This document shows, piece after piece, positions 57,064-64,000 of a DNA stretch of 64,000 nt. The translations under genes and the position numbers were made by a program. Every line of letters begins with the position of its first letter. The first letter of the stretch is position 1. The stretch comes from an uncultured Gemmatimonadaceae bacterium (GTDB lineage Bacteria; Gemmatimonadota; Gemmatimonadetes; Gemmatimonadales; Gemmatimonadaceae): NCBI GenBank assembly GCA_963817955.1, contig CAWFQK010000004.1, forward strand, positions 608,001-672,000. Direction: 5' to 3'. The notes under the pieces were generated by a model. That model made no database searches. It saw only the letters and a program-made list of their open reading frames with translations, and had not been told where the DNA came from.

Positions 57064-57638
57064 CGCGTGAGCTTCCTCTTCGTCTTCACGATGGTCCCGC
57101 GGCATTTCGCCGCGCCGCACCGGCAGGCGTAGAAACGAAGATCCTCTTCGGTATACTTGGGGTCGTCTTCGAACTGGTAGTCGTAGACGAGCTCCGTGCC
57201 TTGTGGAATGCGTTTGATGGTTTCGATCCAGATGCGGCCGCGATCGATCACCGCTTCGCAATTCGGGTCACATGAGTGATTGATGAATCGCGTCTCGTTG
57301 CCGTCGAACGCCGCGTCCAGGCACGTCCGGCTGTTCAGAATGAACAGGAACGTGTGATGCCGCGTCATGGACTTGTCGTCGTAGCGACGATCCGATTCGG
57401 CGTTGGTGATCTTCTCACCTTTGTACTCGAGCACACGCGTGCCCTTGGGAATGTCCGCACTCGCGAAGGCGCCCAGGCCGTGGATCGGAGATCGGCGCAA
57501 CTGCACCCACTCGTTCACCGGTCCAACGCGGCCCGGCGGTGAGGGACGTGCGCGTTTGCGCGCCGTGACGCGCTTTGTGGCGGTGCGTCGCGTAGCGGAC
57601 GGCCGCTTCTTGGTCAATTTGGATTTCTTGGTCGCCAT
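57060..57638 (-). CDS. SET + post-SET protein-lysine methyltransferase
   Basis: IHGLGAFA, EYKGE, RFINHSCDPN, ELVYDY, CRCGAAKCRG. Confidence 0.92.
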   Translation of the reverse strand: MATKKSKLTKKRPSATRRTATKRVTARKRARPSPPGRVGPVNEWVQLRRSPIHGLGAFASADIPKGTRVLEYKGEKITNAESDRRYDDKSMTRHHTFLFILNSRTCLDAAFDGNETRFINHSCDPNCEAVIDRGRIWIETIKRIPQGTELVYDYQFEDDPKYTEEDLRFYACRCGAAKCRGTIVKTKRKLTR

Positions 57639-57692
57639 CGGGGTCGGATGAAACGTGACGCGAAAAGTACACACGCCGAGCCCCGAAATGCG

Positions 57693-57725
57693 ACACGAGG
57701 ACGCCATGAGTCGGCGTCCTCGTGT
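57693..57725. terminator. Hairpin downstream of the OMP gene
   Basis: ACACGAGGACGCC-7nt-GGCGTCCTCGTGT; no clear U-tract. Confidence 0.5.
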
Positions 57726-57746
57726 GCTGGGATTCGGTTCGATCGA

Positions 57747-58385
57747 TCAGAAGTCCAGGCGAAGTCCGGCGCTGAAGGCGATGTTATGCGCCGTTTGTCC
57801 GGAAATGCCGAGCCCGGTCGCGTCCTGAAAATTGAACTTGCCAATGTAGTCCTTGGCCAGAACGCGCAGCGCCATGCCCTTACTGAGCGAGAAGTCCGCG
57901 CCAAGACCGAGATTGCCGGCCAGATTGGTTGCCTGCGTTTGCAGGACCGACTCGGTGATGGTGTAGCGAATTGCGCCGACGCCCGCTTGCACAAAGGGTG
58001 AGAACGCCGTGGTGCCCGCCTTGGACGCTCCGAGATTGTACTCGAGCCCCGCGTCGTAGATGAGCATGTCGCTATGTCCCACGGAAACACCGCCAAGGAA
58101 CGGAATGCCCACGGTCAGGTCGGACGATGTATAGCCGACATTTCCGATGAGCGAGACGTTCGGCGCGAGCGACAATCCGACTTGCGTTCCATATATCGGC
58201 GCGGACGCATTGCTGATCGTGGTGCCAACAGGGCCCGTGAGATAATTGCCGAACACCATGTAGCCGACATACGGCGTCACGTGCAGCACGGTGCCGGAAT
58301 TTGGCGCCTGAGCAAGGGCGGCGGCGGCGGTGAAGGACATCGCGAGAGTAGCGATGCCGACGAGACGTTGATTGAGCCTGCGCAT
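57747..58385 (-). CDS. Small outer-membrane beta-barrel protein
   Basis: Signal peptide ALA-QA; amphipathic strands, PFVQAGVG, C-terminal GLRLDF; AGGAG RBS. Confidence 0.85.
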   Translation of the reverse strand: MRRLNQRLVGIATLAMSFTAAAALAQAPNSGTVLHVTPYVGYMVFGNYLTGPVGTTISNASAPIYGTQVGLSLAPNVSLIGNVGYTSSDLTVGIPFLGGVSVGHSDMLIYDAGLEYNLGASKAGTTAFSPFVQAGVGAIRYTITESVLQTQATNLAGNLGLGADFSLSKGMALRVLAKDYIGKFNFQDATGLGISGQTAHNIAFSAGLRLDF

Positions 58386-58487
58386 GATCTGAGGAGCTGA
58401 AGGTGAACGACGGTGCGTCACATACCAGATGAAGGCATGGACGGGACCAGCGCACCCTTCAGGATCAACACGTTGCCGGCATTGCGT

Positions 58488-58901
58488 TTACGGGTCTCTG
58501 CTCCGCGTTCTCCCAGTATGCGTCGTCCGCATTTGCGGACGCGAAGGTGTCCTGGCGGGAAGGCAGAGCGGCAACGTTTCGCCAACGCGCCAGCCGTAGC
58601 ATGCCAGAGAAACGCGGCCCGCCGCATCCACGATCACACCCTCGCTTTGCAGGCGCATGCGCTGGGTAATGCCTGTAGCCGGCGCAGCGTGCTCAAGACT
58701 CAGCTTGCCTCGAGCATTGACGACACGATGCCACGGCACCGCCGATCCGTCGCGTAAGGCGTTCAGCGCGTAGCCGACGAGTCGTGCCTGTCCAGCGAGA
58801 TCAGCCAATCGCGCCACCGTTCCGTACGTGGTGACGCGACCTCGCGGAATCTGTCGAACGACAGCATAGATGTGGTCATATGCCGTCGCCGCGCGCGTCA
58901 C
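58488..58901 (-). CDS. Alkyltransferase-like protein (ATL, MGMT family)
   Basis: VRQIPRGRVTTYG...ARLVG...PWHRVVN; Trp replaces the catalytic Cys of PCHR. Confidence 0.88.
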   Translation of the reverse strand: MTRAATAYDHIYAVVRQIPRGRVTTYGTVARLADLAGQARLVGYALNALRDGSAVPWHRVVNARGKLSLEHAAPATGITQRMRLQSEGVIVDAAGRVSLACYGWRVGETLPLCLPARTPSRPQMRTTHTGRTRSRDP

Positions 58902-59845
58902 GCCTGCGCGACCACGGCCTGCCCCGGCCACTGAACCGATCCGGCGACTGACGGTCGGCAGGACAGCCGCTCGCGAATCAATGCGCGCACAGTTTCCAGC
59001 TCCTCGCCCACCAATTCGAGTCGCGGCGGCCGCACCACAGCGTTCCCCTGTCCCAGCTCTGCCTGCACGAGCTTGATGAGCTGTACGAACTTTGGCACGG
59101 TGTCCAGCCGGAGCAGTGGCAGAAACCACTCGTACAGAGCACGTGCTTCGTCCGAACGCCCGGCGCGTGCCGCCTCGAACACGCGCACCGATTCAGCCGG
59201 CAGCGCGTTGACCAAGCCGGCCACCCACCCACTCGCGCCCATTGGGATGGACTCGAGAATCGCGTCGTCCATACCTGCAAAGATGACGAGGCGGTCCCCG
59301 TTCTGCTCGCGAATGGCAGTCACACGCCGGACGTCGCCGCTCGATTCTTTCACCGCATGCAAGTTCTCATGCCGCGCCAGCTCGCCCATCTGCGCCGCTG
59401 ACACATCCGTGCCGTACGCAATGGGATTGTTGTACAGCATGCACGACAGACGGGTGGCGCCAATCACGGCATCGAAGTGCGCCTTGCTCTCGCGCCAATC
59501 GCCGCGATACACATAGGGCGGCAACACCATCAGTGCGTCACACCCCACCGCTTCCGCGCGCTTCGCCAGTGCCACGCACTCCACCGTGCTCAGGCCGGCG
59601 ATACCGGCAATGAGTGGGACGCGTGCGCCGAGCGCCTTCCGGCAGCTCTGGAGAATGCTGATCTTGTCGTCGAAAGAGAGCGTCGCCGCTTCACCAAGTG
59701 AGCCGAGAGCCACGATGCCGCGGCATTCATGTTCGATCAACCAGCGAACGTGCGTCGACAGGCGGGCGTGATCGATGGAAAGATCATCGAGAAAGGGCGT
59801 GGTGATGGCCGGAAAGACGCCGTGCCAGTCAGTCTGCTGCATCAT
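58898..59845 (-). CDS. DHDPS-family enzyme, probable pyrroline-4-hydroxy-2-carboxylate deaminase
   Basis: GVFPAITTPF, GSLGE, LYNNP, AVKESSGD; context of a hydroxyproline operon. Confidence 0.85.
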   Translation of the reverse strand: MMQQTDWHGVFPAITTPFLDDLSIDHARLSTHVRWLIEHECRGIVALGSLGEAATLSFDDKISILQSCRKALGARVPLIAGIAGLSTVECVALAKRAEAVGCDALMVLPPYVYRGDWRESKAHFDAVIGATRLSCMLYNNPIAYGTDVSAAQMGELARHENLHAVKESSGDVRRVTAIREQNGDRLVIFAGMDDAILESIPMGASGWVAGLVNALPAESVRVFEAARAGRSDEARALYEWFLPLLRLDTVPKFVQLIKLVQAELGQGNAVVRPPRLELVGEELETVRALIRERLSCRPSVAGSVQWPGQAVVAQA

Positions 59846-61145
59846 CGCGTGCTCCATGGTGCGCGGCAGGTGCCGCCGTTTGAACGAGAAAGGTGGCGAG
59901 ACGCGCCGGCTGAATGGGCGGACGTACCGTATCTGCCCGGCGCCCCATGATGGATTCTAATGCGCCGCCGCAGATGCGGCCCTGACACGCGCCCATTCCG
60001 GCGCGCGTATACAACTTCGTTTGGCGGGCGCTCCAGCCGGGCTCGAGATCGCGTAGCCGCACGTCTTCGCAGCGACAGACGATCGTATCGGGACGCGCCA
60101 GAGAGAACAGCTCGGGTCGAAGCGCGAACGTGTCACGCAGTCGCGCGGCATAGCGCTGCAGCGCGGTGCGGCGCGACACGAGCGCCTCGGTTGGCGGACG
60201 GCCGGCCGCCGCGAGTCCGGCGATCTCACCTTCGACAATCGACAGATCGACACCGCCAATGCCCGTCGGCTCACCGGCGCAGTACACGTGCCGCACGCTC
60301 GTCTCCTGTCGGGCATCGACCTGAACGGCGCCCTGTTCGCACGCGCACCCGAGGAGGCGCGCGAGCTCGGAGGTGGGCACCAGCCCGAAGGCGGCGCACA
60401 ACACGTCGCACTCGAGGGTGCGCGTCGACGAGCCATCCGTTACCGTGACGCTCCGTACGCAGTCGTCGCCCTCGGCGGACGTCACCCACGTTCCCGCACG
60501 ATAGGGCGTTCCGATGAAGGCGGAGCGCAGTCCAACCGCCTGGGCGATGAGCCCTGGCTTCCGCCAGAGCGACGCAGCGAACCGGCGAACGGATTGTGCC
60601 CCTGCCTGTTCGGCGACGAGCGCCAAACGTGCGCCAGACCGAGCGAGCGACGCGGCGACGGGAAGCAGCAACGGTCCGGAACCGGCGATCACCACGCGTT
60701 TGCCGCGGAAGGTGGTGCCGTTCTTCAGCAACGCTTGCGCACCGCCGATGCCAAATACGTTCGGCAGCGTCCATCCCGGAAAGGGCAGAAACCGCTCGCG
60801 CGCTCCGGTCGCGATGATGAGCGATGTCGCCTGGATCTCCACTCCCGCTCCCTCATGCTCGGCAAGGACGCACCATCCGGCGCTGCCTTGCCACGCGTCG
60901 ACGACCGCCGTGGAACCAAGCATCACCGCGCCGCTCCGGTCGAGACGTCGCGCCCAGTCGCGCGCACGCCGCGGAACCGATGCATGCGGGCCAGACCGCC
61001 AGACTTGGCCGCCCCCCCCCGGTCTCAATCCTTCATCGACCATCACGACACGTGCGCCACTCTCTGCGGCGCACGCCGACGCGGCCATTCCCGCCGGCCC
61101 GCCTCCTACCACGAGCACGTCGCACGATCGTGGCGCGTCTGTCAT
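59829..61145 (-). CDS. FAD/NAD(P)-binding oxidoreductase, probable D-hydroxyproline dehydrogenase alpha subunit
   Basis: VVGGGPAG, ATGARE..PFPGWTLP, VCRCEDV, GMGACQGRICG. Confidence 0.85.
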   Translation of the reverse strand: MTDAPRSCDVLVVGGGPAGMAASACAAESGARVVMVDEGLRPGGGGQVWRSGPHASVPRRARDWARRLDRSGAVMLGSTAVVDAWQGSAGWCVLAEHEGAGVEIQATSLIIATGARERFLPFPGWTLPNVFGIGGAQALLKNGTTFRGKRVVIAGSGPLLLPVAASLARSGARLALVAEQAGAQSVRRFAASLWRKPGLIAQAVGLRSAFIGTPYRAGTWVTSAEGDDCVRSVTVTDGSSTRTLECDVLCAAFGLVPTSELARLLGCACEQGAVQVDARQETSVRHVYCAGEPTGIGGVDLSIVEGEIAGLAAAGRPPTEALVSRRTALQRYAARLRDTFALRPELFSLARPDTIVCRCEDVRLRDLEPGWSARQTKLYTRAGMGACQGRICGGALESIMGRRADTVRPPIQPARLATFLVQTAAPAAHHGARDDAAD

Positions 61146-61399
61146 AACGTGCCGCCCCCCCCACCGGTCACGATCTCCATGCCGTCGCGCACCTGGGTCA
61201 TGCACGCACGCTGATGCGGATGACCGTCAACGGAAACGCGGCATTCGTGGCACACGCCCATTCCGCACAGGGGGGATCGCGGCTCGCCCGATGGCGATTG
61301 ACGGAATGTGGTGATGCCGTGGTCGAGCAACGCCGCGGCAACCGTCACGCCGGCCTCGCTGGACAGCGTCGTGCCGTTGACACACAACGTAATCGTCAT
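61142..61399 (-). CDS. 2Fe-2S protein, probable D-hydroxyproline dehydrogenase gamma subunit
   Basis: TVAAAL...CGMGVCHEC...RAC. Confidence 0.88.
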   Translation of the reverse strand: MTITLCVNGTTLSSEAGVTVAAALLDHGITTFRQSPSGEPRSPLCGMGVCHECRVSVDGHPHQRACMTQVRDGMEIVTGGGGGTL

Positions 61400-62535
61400 C
61401 GGTGGGCTTCCGCGGGGGCCGATGCGAGTACCCTCATCGGCGCGTACGGTGCCGCGTCGATCGCCGTCGGTCGGCCGATCGCCTGGTCCACCACCAGGCG
61501 TGCGGTGGCCAGCGACGTCGTGATTCCCAGTCCCTCGTGTCCCGCCGCAACCCACCACCCTGGAACCGGTTCCCATCGGCCGATCAACGGCAGCTTGTCC
61601 GGCGCCGCCGGGCGAAATCCCGTCCAGCATCGGATGATCGAGAGATCACTAATGCGAGGCATGAACGCGGAAGCGCGCGCCAGCATACGGCGCAAGATGT
61701 CGTGATTGAAGGAACTGTCCCAGCCAACGAGCTCGCGCGACGAGCCGATCAGCACCTGCCCAGTGGAGCGCGGCTGCACGTTGAACGCCACGGATTCGGT
61801 GGTCATCACGTGTGCACTTGCGAGGTACCCGAGCTCTACGATCTGGTGGCGGCAGAACGCCGGGTAGCGGTCGGTGATCGCCAGGTGGCCCTTGCGCGGG
61901 ACGATCGGCAGGGCCGACAACAGTCGCGGCGCGGACGCGCCGGCAGCATTCACGATGACATCGGCATGGAACGTTTCTCCGCCGCACCGCACGGCGTGCG
62001 GGAGCGCTTCAAGCGCCTCGATGTCGTGTCGCACCACAGCCCCGCAGGTTGCCGCGAGGTGGAGCAACCGCAGCGTCACCCCGGGCGGATAGACTACGGC
62101 GTCCCCGGGCACGAGCAGCGCCCCGGCGAGATCGTTGCGCAGCTCGGGCTCTGCTTCCCGGAGCTGCCGGGCGTCGAGCAACTCCGTGGTTACTTGGGCG
62201 GCGGCGTAGACGATGCGCTTTGTACGGAGGGCCTCGACCTGTGCGTCGTCCTCAGCCACCCACAGCGTGCCGCACCGGTCCATCTCCGAGCGCACGTCGA
62301 GCTCAGGACCAAGAGTTTTCCAGAGGCGAGCGGCATACGCGGTGAGCGCGAGCTGCGGGGGCGAATCGTCCATGACAACGACGTGCCCCATGCCCACGGA
62401 GGTGGTGCCGGCCGACGGAAATGCTTGTTCGATAACCGTGACGCGCCACTCCTCGCGCGCGAACGCCGCGGCGCACGCCGCACCAACGATCCCCGCGCCG
62501 ACGATGATCGCCGAGGGGCGGTCGCCGCTGCTCAC
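61396..62535 (-). CDS. FAD-dependent D-amino-acid oxidase family, probable D-hydroxyproline dehydrogenase beta subunit
   Basis: IVGAGIVG, PRKGH, WTGFRP, GHEGLGIT. Confidence 0.85.
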   Translation of the reverse strand: MSSGDRPSAIIVGAGIVGAACAAAFAREEWRVTVIEQAFPSAGTTSVGMGHVVVMDDSPPQLALTAYAARLWKTLGPELDVRSEMDRCGTLWVAEDDAQVEALRTKRIVYAAAQVTTELLDARQLREAEPELRNDLAGALLVPGDAVVYPPGVTLRLLHLAATCGAVVRHDIEALEALPHAVRCGGETFHADVIVNAAGASAPRLLSALPIVPRKGHLAITDRYPAFCRHQIVELGYLASAHVMTTESVAFNVQPRSTGQVLIGSSRELVGWDSSFNHDILRRMLARASAFMPRISDLSIIRCWTGFRPAAPDKLPLIGRWEPVPGWWVAAGHEGLGITTSLATARLVVDQAIGRPTAIDAAPYAPMRVLASAPAEAHR

Positions 62536-63485
62536 GCGTCTCCGATACCCAACCGGAATGGATCGGCGGCATCGAAACGCAGCGTCGCCTCACCGGTCAC
62601 GAACGCCATGCCGCGAATGTGCGGAATGAGCTCGCCGGCGGGTCCGCTGGCGAGCCATCCGGTGAACATGCTTCCCGTGATGCTCTCCTGCCGCCACTCC
62701 TGGCCCAGCGGCAGCCGTCCACGCGCGTGCAGTGCCGCCATCACCGCCGACGTGCCGGTGCCGCACGGCGAGCGATCATACTCGCCGCCGGAACAGAGCA
62801 CGAAGTTGCGCGCATCGGCATCGTGACGCGTGGGCGGTCCGGAGATCTCGATGTGATCGACGGGTGCGGTCCCGGCGACGCCCTGCTCGTTGAGTTCGTC
62901 CTGAATGGCTTGAGTGACGCGCGTCAGCTCATCGACGTTCGATAGGTCGAGCGGCAGATCGAGGTGCGTGATGAAGAACCAGTTGCCGCCGTACGCAATG
63001 TCCCCCGTGACGCGGCCGACGCCTGGGACGTCGACGCTCACGTCCAGCGCGTGGGCTCTCGCCGCGACGTTCACGATCGTCACCGCGCCGTCAGCGTGGA
63101 GCTCCGCCGATACCGTCCCCACCGGTGTGTCGAAGCGTGCAATGCCCGGCGAGAGCTGCCCAAGGTACTCCAGGGTGCGCACCACGCCGATCAGTCCGTG
63201 GCCGCACATGCCAAGGTAGGTCTCGTTATTGAAGAACACGATGCCGCAATGCGATCCGTCGGACACCGGCGGCGTGAGCAACGCCCCGACGATGGCCGCG
63301 TGACCGCGCGGCTCGCAGACGACGGCCCGGCGAAGATGATCGTGCGACTGTCGCAACTCCTCGCGCCGTTCCTCCATGGTCGCGGCGTGCACAGCTGGCC
63401 ACCCGGCGATGATCACGCGCGTCGGTTCGCCTGCCGTATGGGAATCGATGACTCGAATGGAATCCGGAAGCACGGCGCTCGTCAT
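62532..63485 (-). CDS. Proline racemase family, probable 4-hydroxyproline 2-epimerase
   Basis: DSHTAGEPTR, EPRG, MCGH and DRSPCGTG (both catalytic Cys). Confidence 0.92.
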   Translation of the reverse strand: MTSAVLPDSIRVIDSHTAGEPTRVIIAGWPAVHAATMEERREELRQSHDHLRRAVVCEPRGHAAIVGALLTPPVSDGSHCGIVFFNNETYLGMCGHGLIGVVRTLEYLGQLSPGIARFDTPVGTVSAELHADGAVTIVNVAARAHALDVSVDVPGVGRVTGDIAYGGNWFFITHLDLPLDLSNVDELTRVTQAIQDELNEQGVAGTAPVDHIEISGPPTRHDADARNFVLCSGGEYDRSPCGTGTSAVMAALHARGRLPLGQEWRQESITGSMFTGWLASGPAGELIPHIRGMAFVTGEATLRFDAADPFRLGIGDA

Positions 63486-64000
63486 GGGTTGATCTGCACG
63501 GTCTTGATCTCGGTGTAGAACTCGCGCGCCGCCGGCCCCTGCTCGCGCGTGCCGGAGCTCGAGCGTTTCATGCCGCCGAACGGCGCATGCGGATCCACAC
63601 CCGTGGTGTCGCCGTTCACGCGAACCATGCCGGCTTCGATGCGATCGATGTAGCTCAGGGCGCTGCGCAGATCACGCGTGAACAGCGACGCGCTCAACCC
63701 GTACGGGGTGTCGTTCGCCAATGCGATGGCATGATCGAGATCATCGGCGGTGAAAGAGACGAGTACAGGACCGAACAGCTCGCGCTGCGCCAGTGCGGAA
63801 TCGGCTGCCGCTCCGCGAACGATCGTCGGGGGCAGAAAGTAGCCGCGCGCGAATGCGTCGGTCGACGGGACGTCGCCGGTGTAGATGCATTCCGCATCCA
63901 TCGCGCCGAGCACGTCGCGAATGGATTGACGTGATTCGGCGCTGATCACCGGCCCAACCGCCGCCGCAGGGTCGGTGACCGGCCCGATCGGCAGTGCCGC
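63482..64000 (-). CDS. Aldehyde dehydrogenase (probable alpha-ketoglutaric semialdehyde dehydrogenase), 5' part beyond window
   Basis: ELFGPV, ANDTPYGLSAS, PFGGMK.S..REQG. Confidence 0.88.
   Translation of the reverse strand, partial: AALPIGPVTDPAAAVGPVISAESRQSIRDVLGAMDAECIYTGDVPSTDAFARGYFLPPTIVRGAAADSALAQRELFGPVLVSFTADDLDHAIALANDTPYGLSASLFTRDLRSALSYIDRIEAGMVRVNGDTTGVDPHAPFGGMKRSSSGTREQGPAAREFYTEIKTVQINP

Noticed and set aside
58488..58901. Active O6-methylguanine methyltransferase (ogt)
   Set aside because: PWHR replaces PCHR, so there is no acceptor cysteine.
59829..62535. Hydrogen cyanide synthase hcnABC or opine oxidase
   Set aside because: The subunits are homologous, but the flanking epimerase, deaminase and ALDH point to D-hydroxyproline dehydrogenase.

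Overview
GC-rich bacterial chromosomal segment. Gene content and order suggest Gemmatimonadota (inference, not database-checked). Bases 1-35.3 kb are almost all on the minus strand: tilS-hpt-ftsH | folP-cdaA-DUF2723 | yggS-divIVA-pnp-ileS-dksA-lspA-lspA | rluD, then an ~18 kb tightly coupled signalling cluster. That cluster interleaves a receptor-less CheW/Y/A/C/R/D/B/W/W chemosensory set with an MglA GTPase, three Roadblock-domain proteins, two DUF4388 proteins (one with a tandem MshEN-like c-di-GMP motif), several TPR proteins and a protein built from two DnaA-type AAA+ modules with no DNA-binding domain. It ends in a membrane-anchored zincin, followed by a small membrane protein, tRNA-Val(TAC) and a secreted TPR-like protein running off the left edge. 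The right half holds an outer-membrane zincin/propeller/barrel protein, aceBA, fadL plus an SGNH lipoprotein, a nitronate monooxygenase-family gene, a CPBP protease, an unannotated small transcription unit with a 13-nt perfect complement to the 16S 3' end, dut and an M1 aminopeptidase. Next comes a 2.6 kb island bounded by inverted repeats that holds a pseudogene and a ~60-unit 21-nt periodic tract. After it are SLT and LysM genes, SET-hypothetical-fahA, an OMP, an ATL gene and a hydroxyproline catabolic operon running off the right edge. No integrase, transposase, rRNA or CRISPR array was seen. Start codons were re-picked by eye and several are uncertain.
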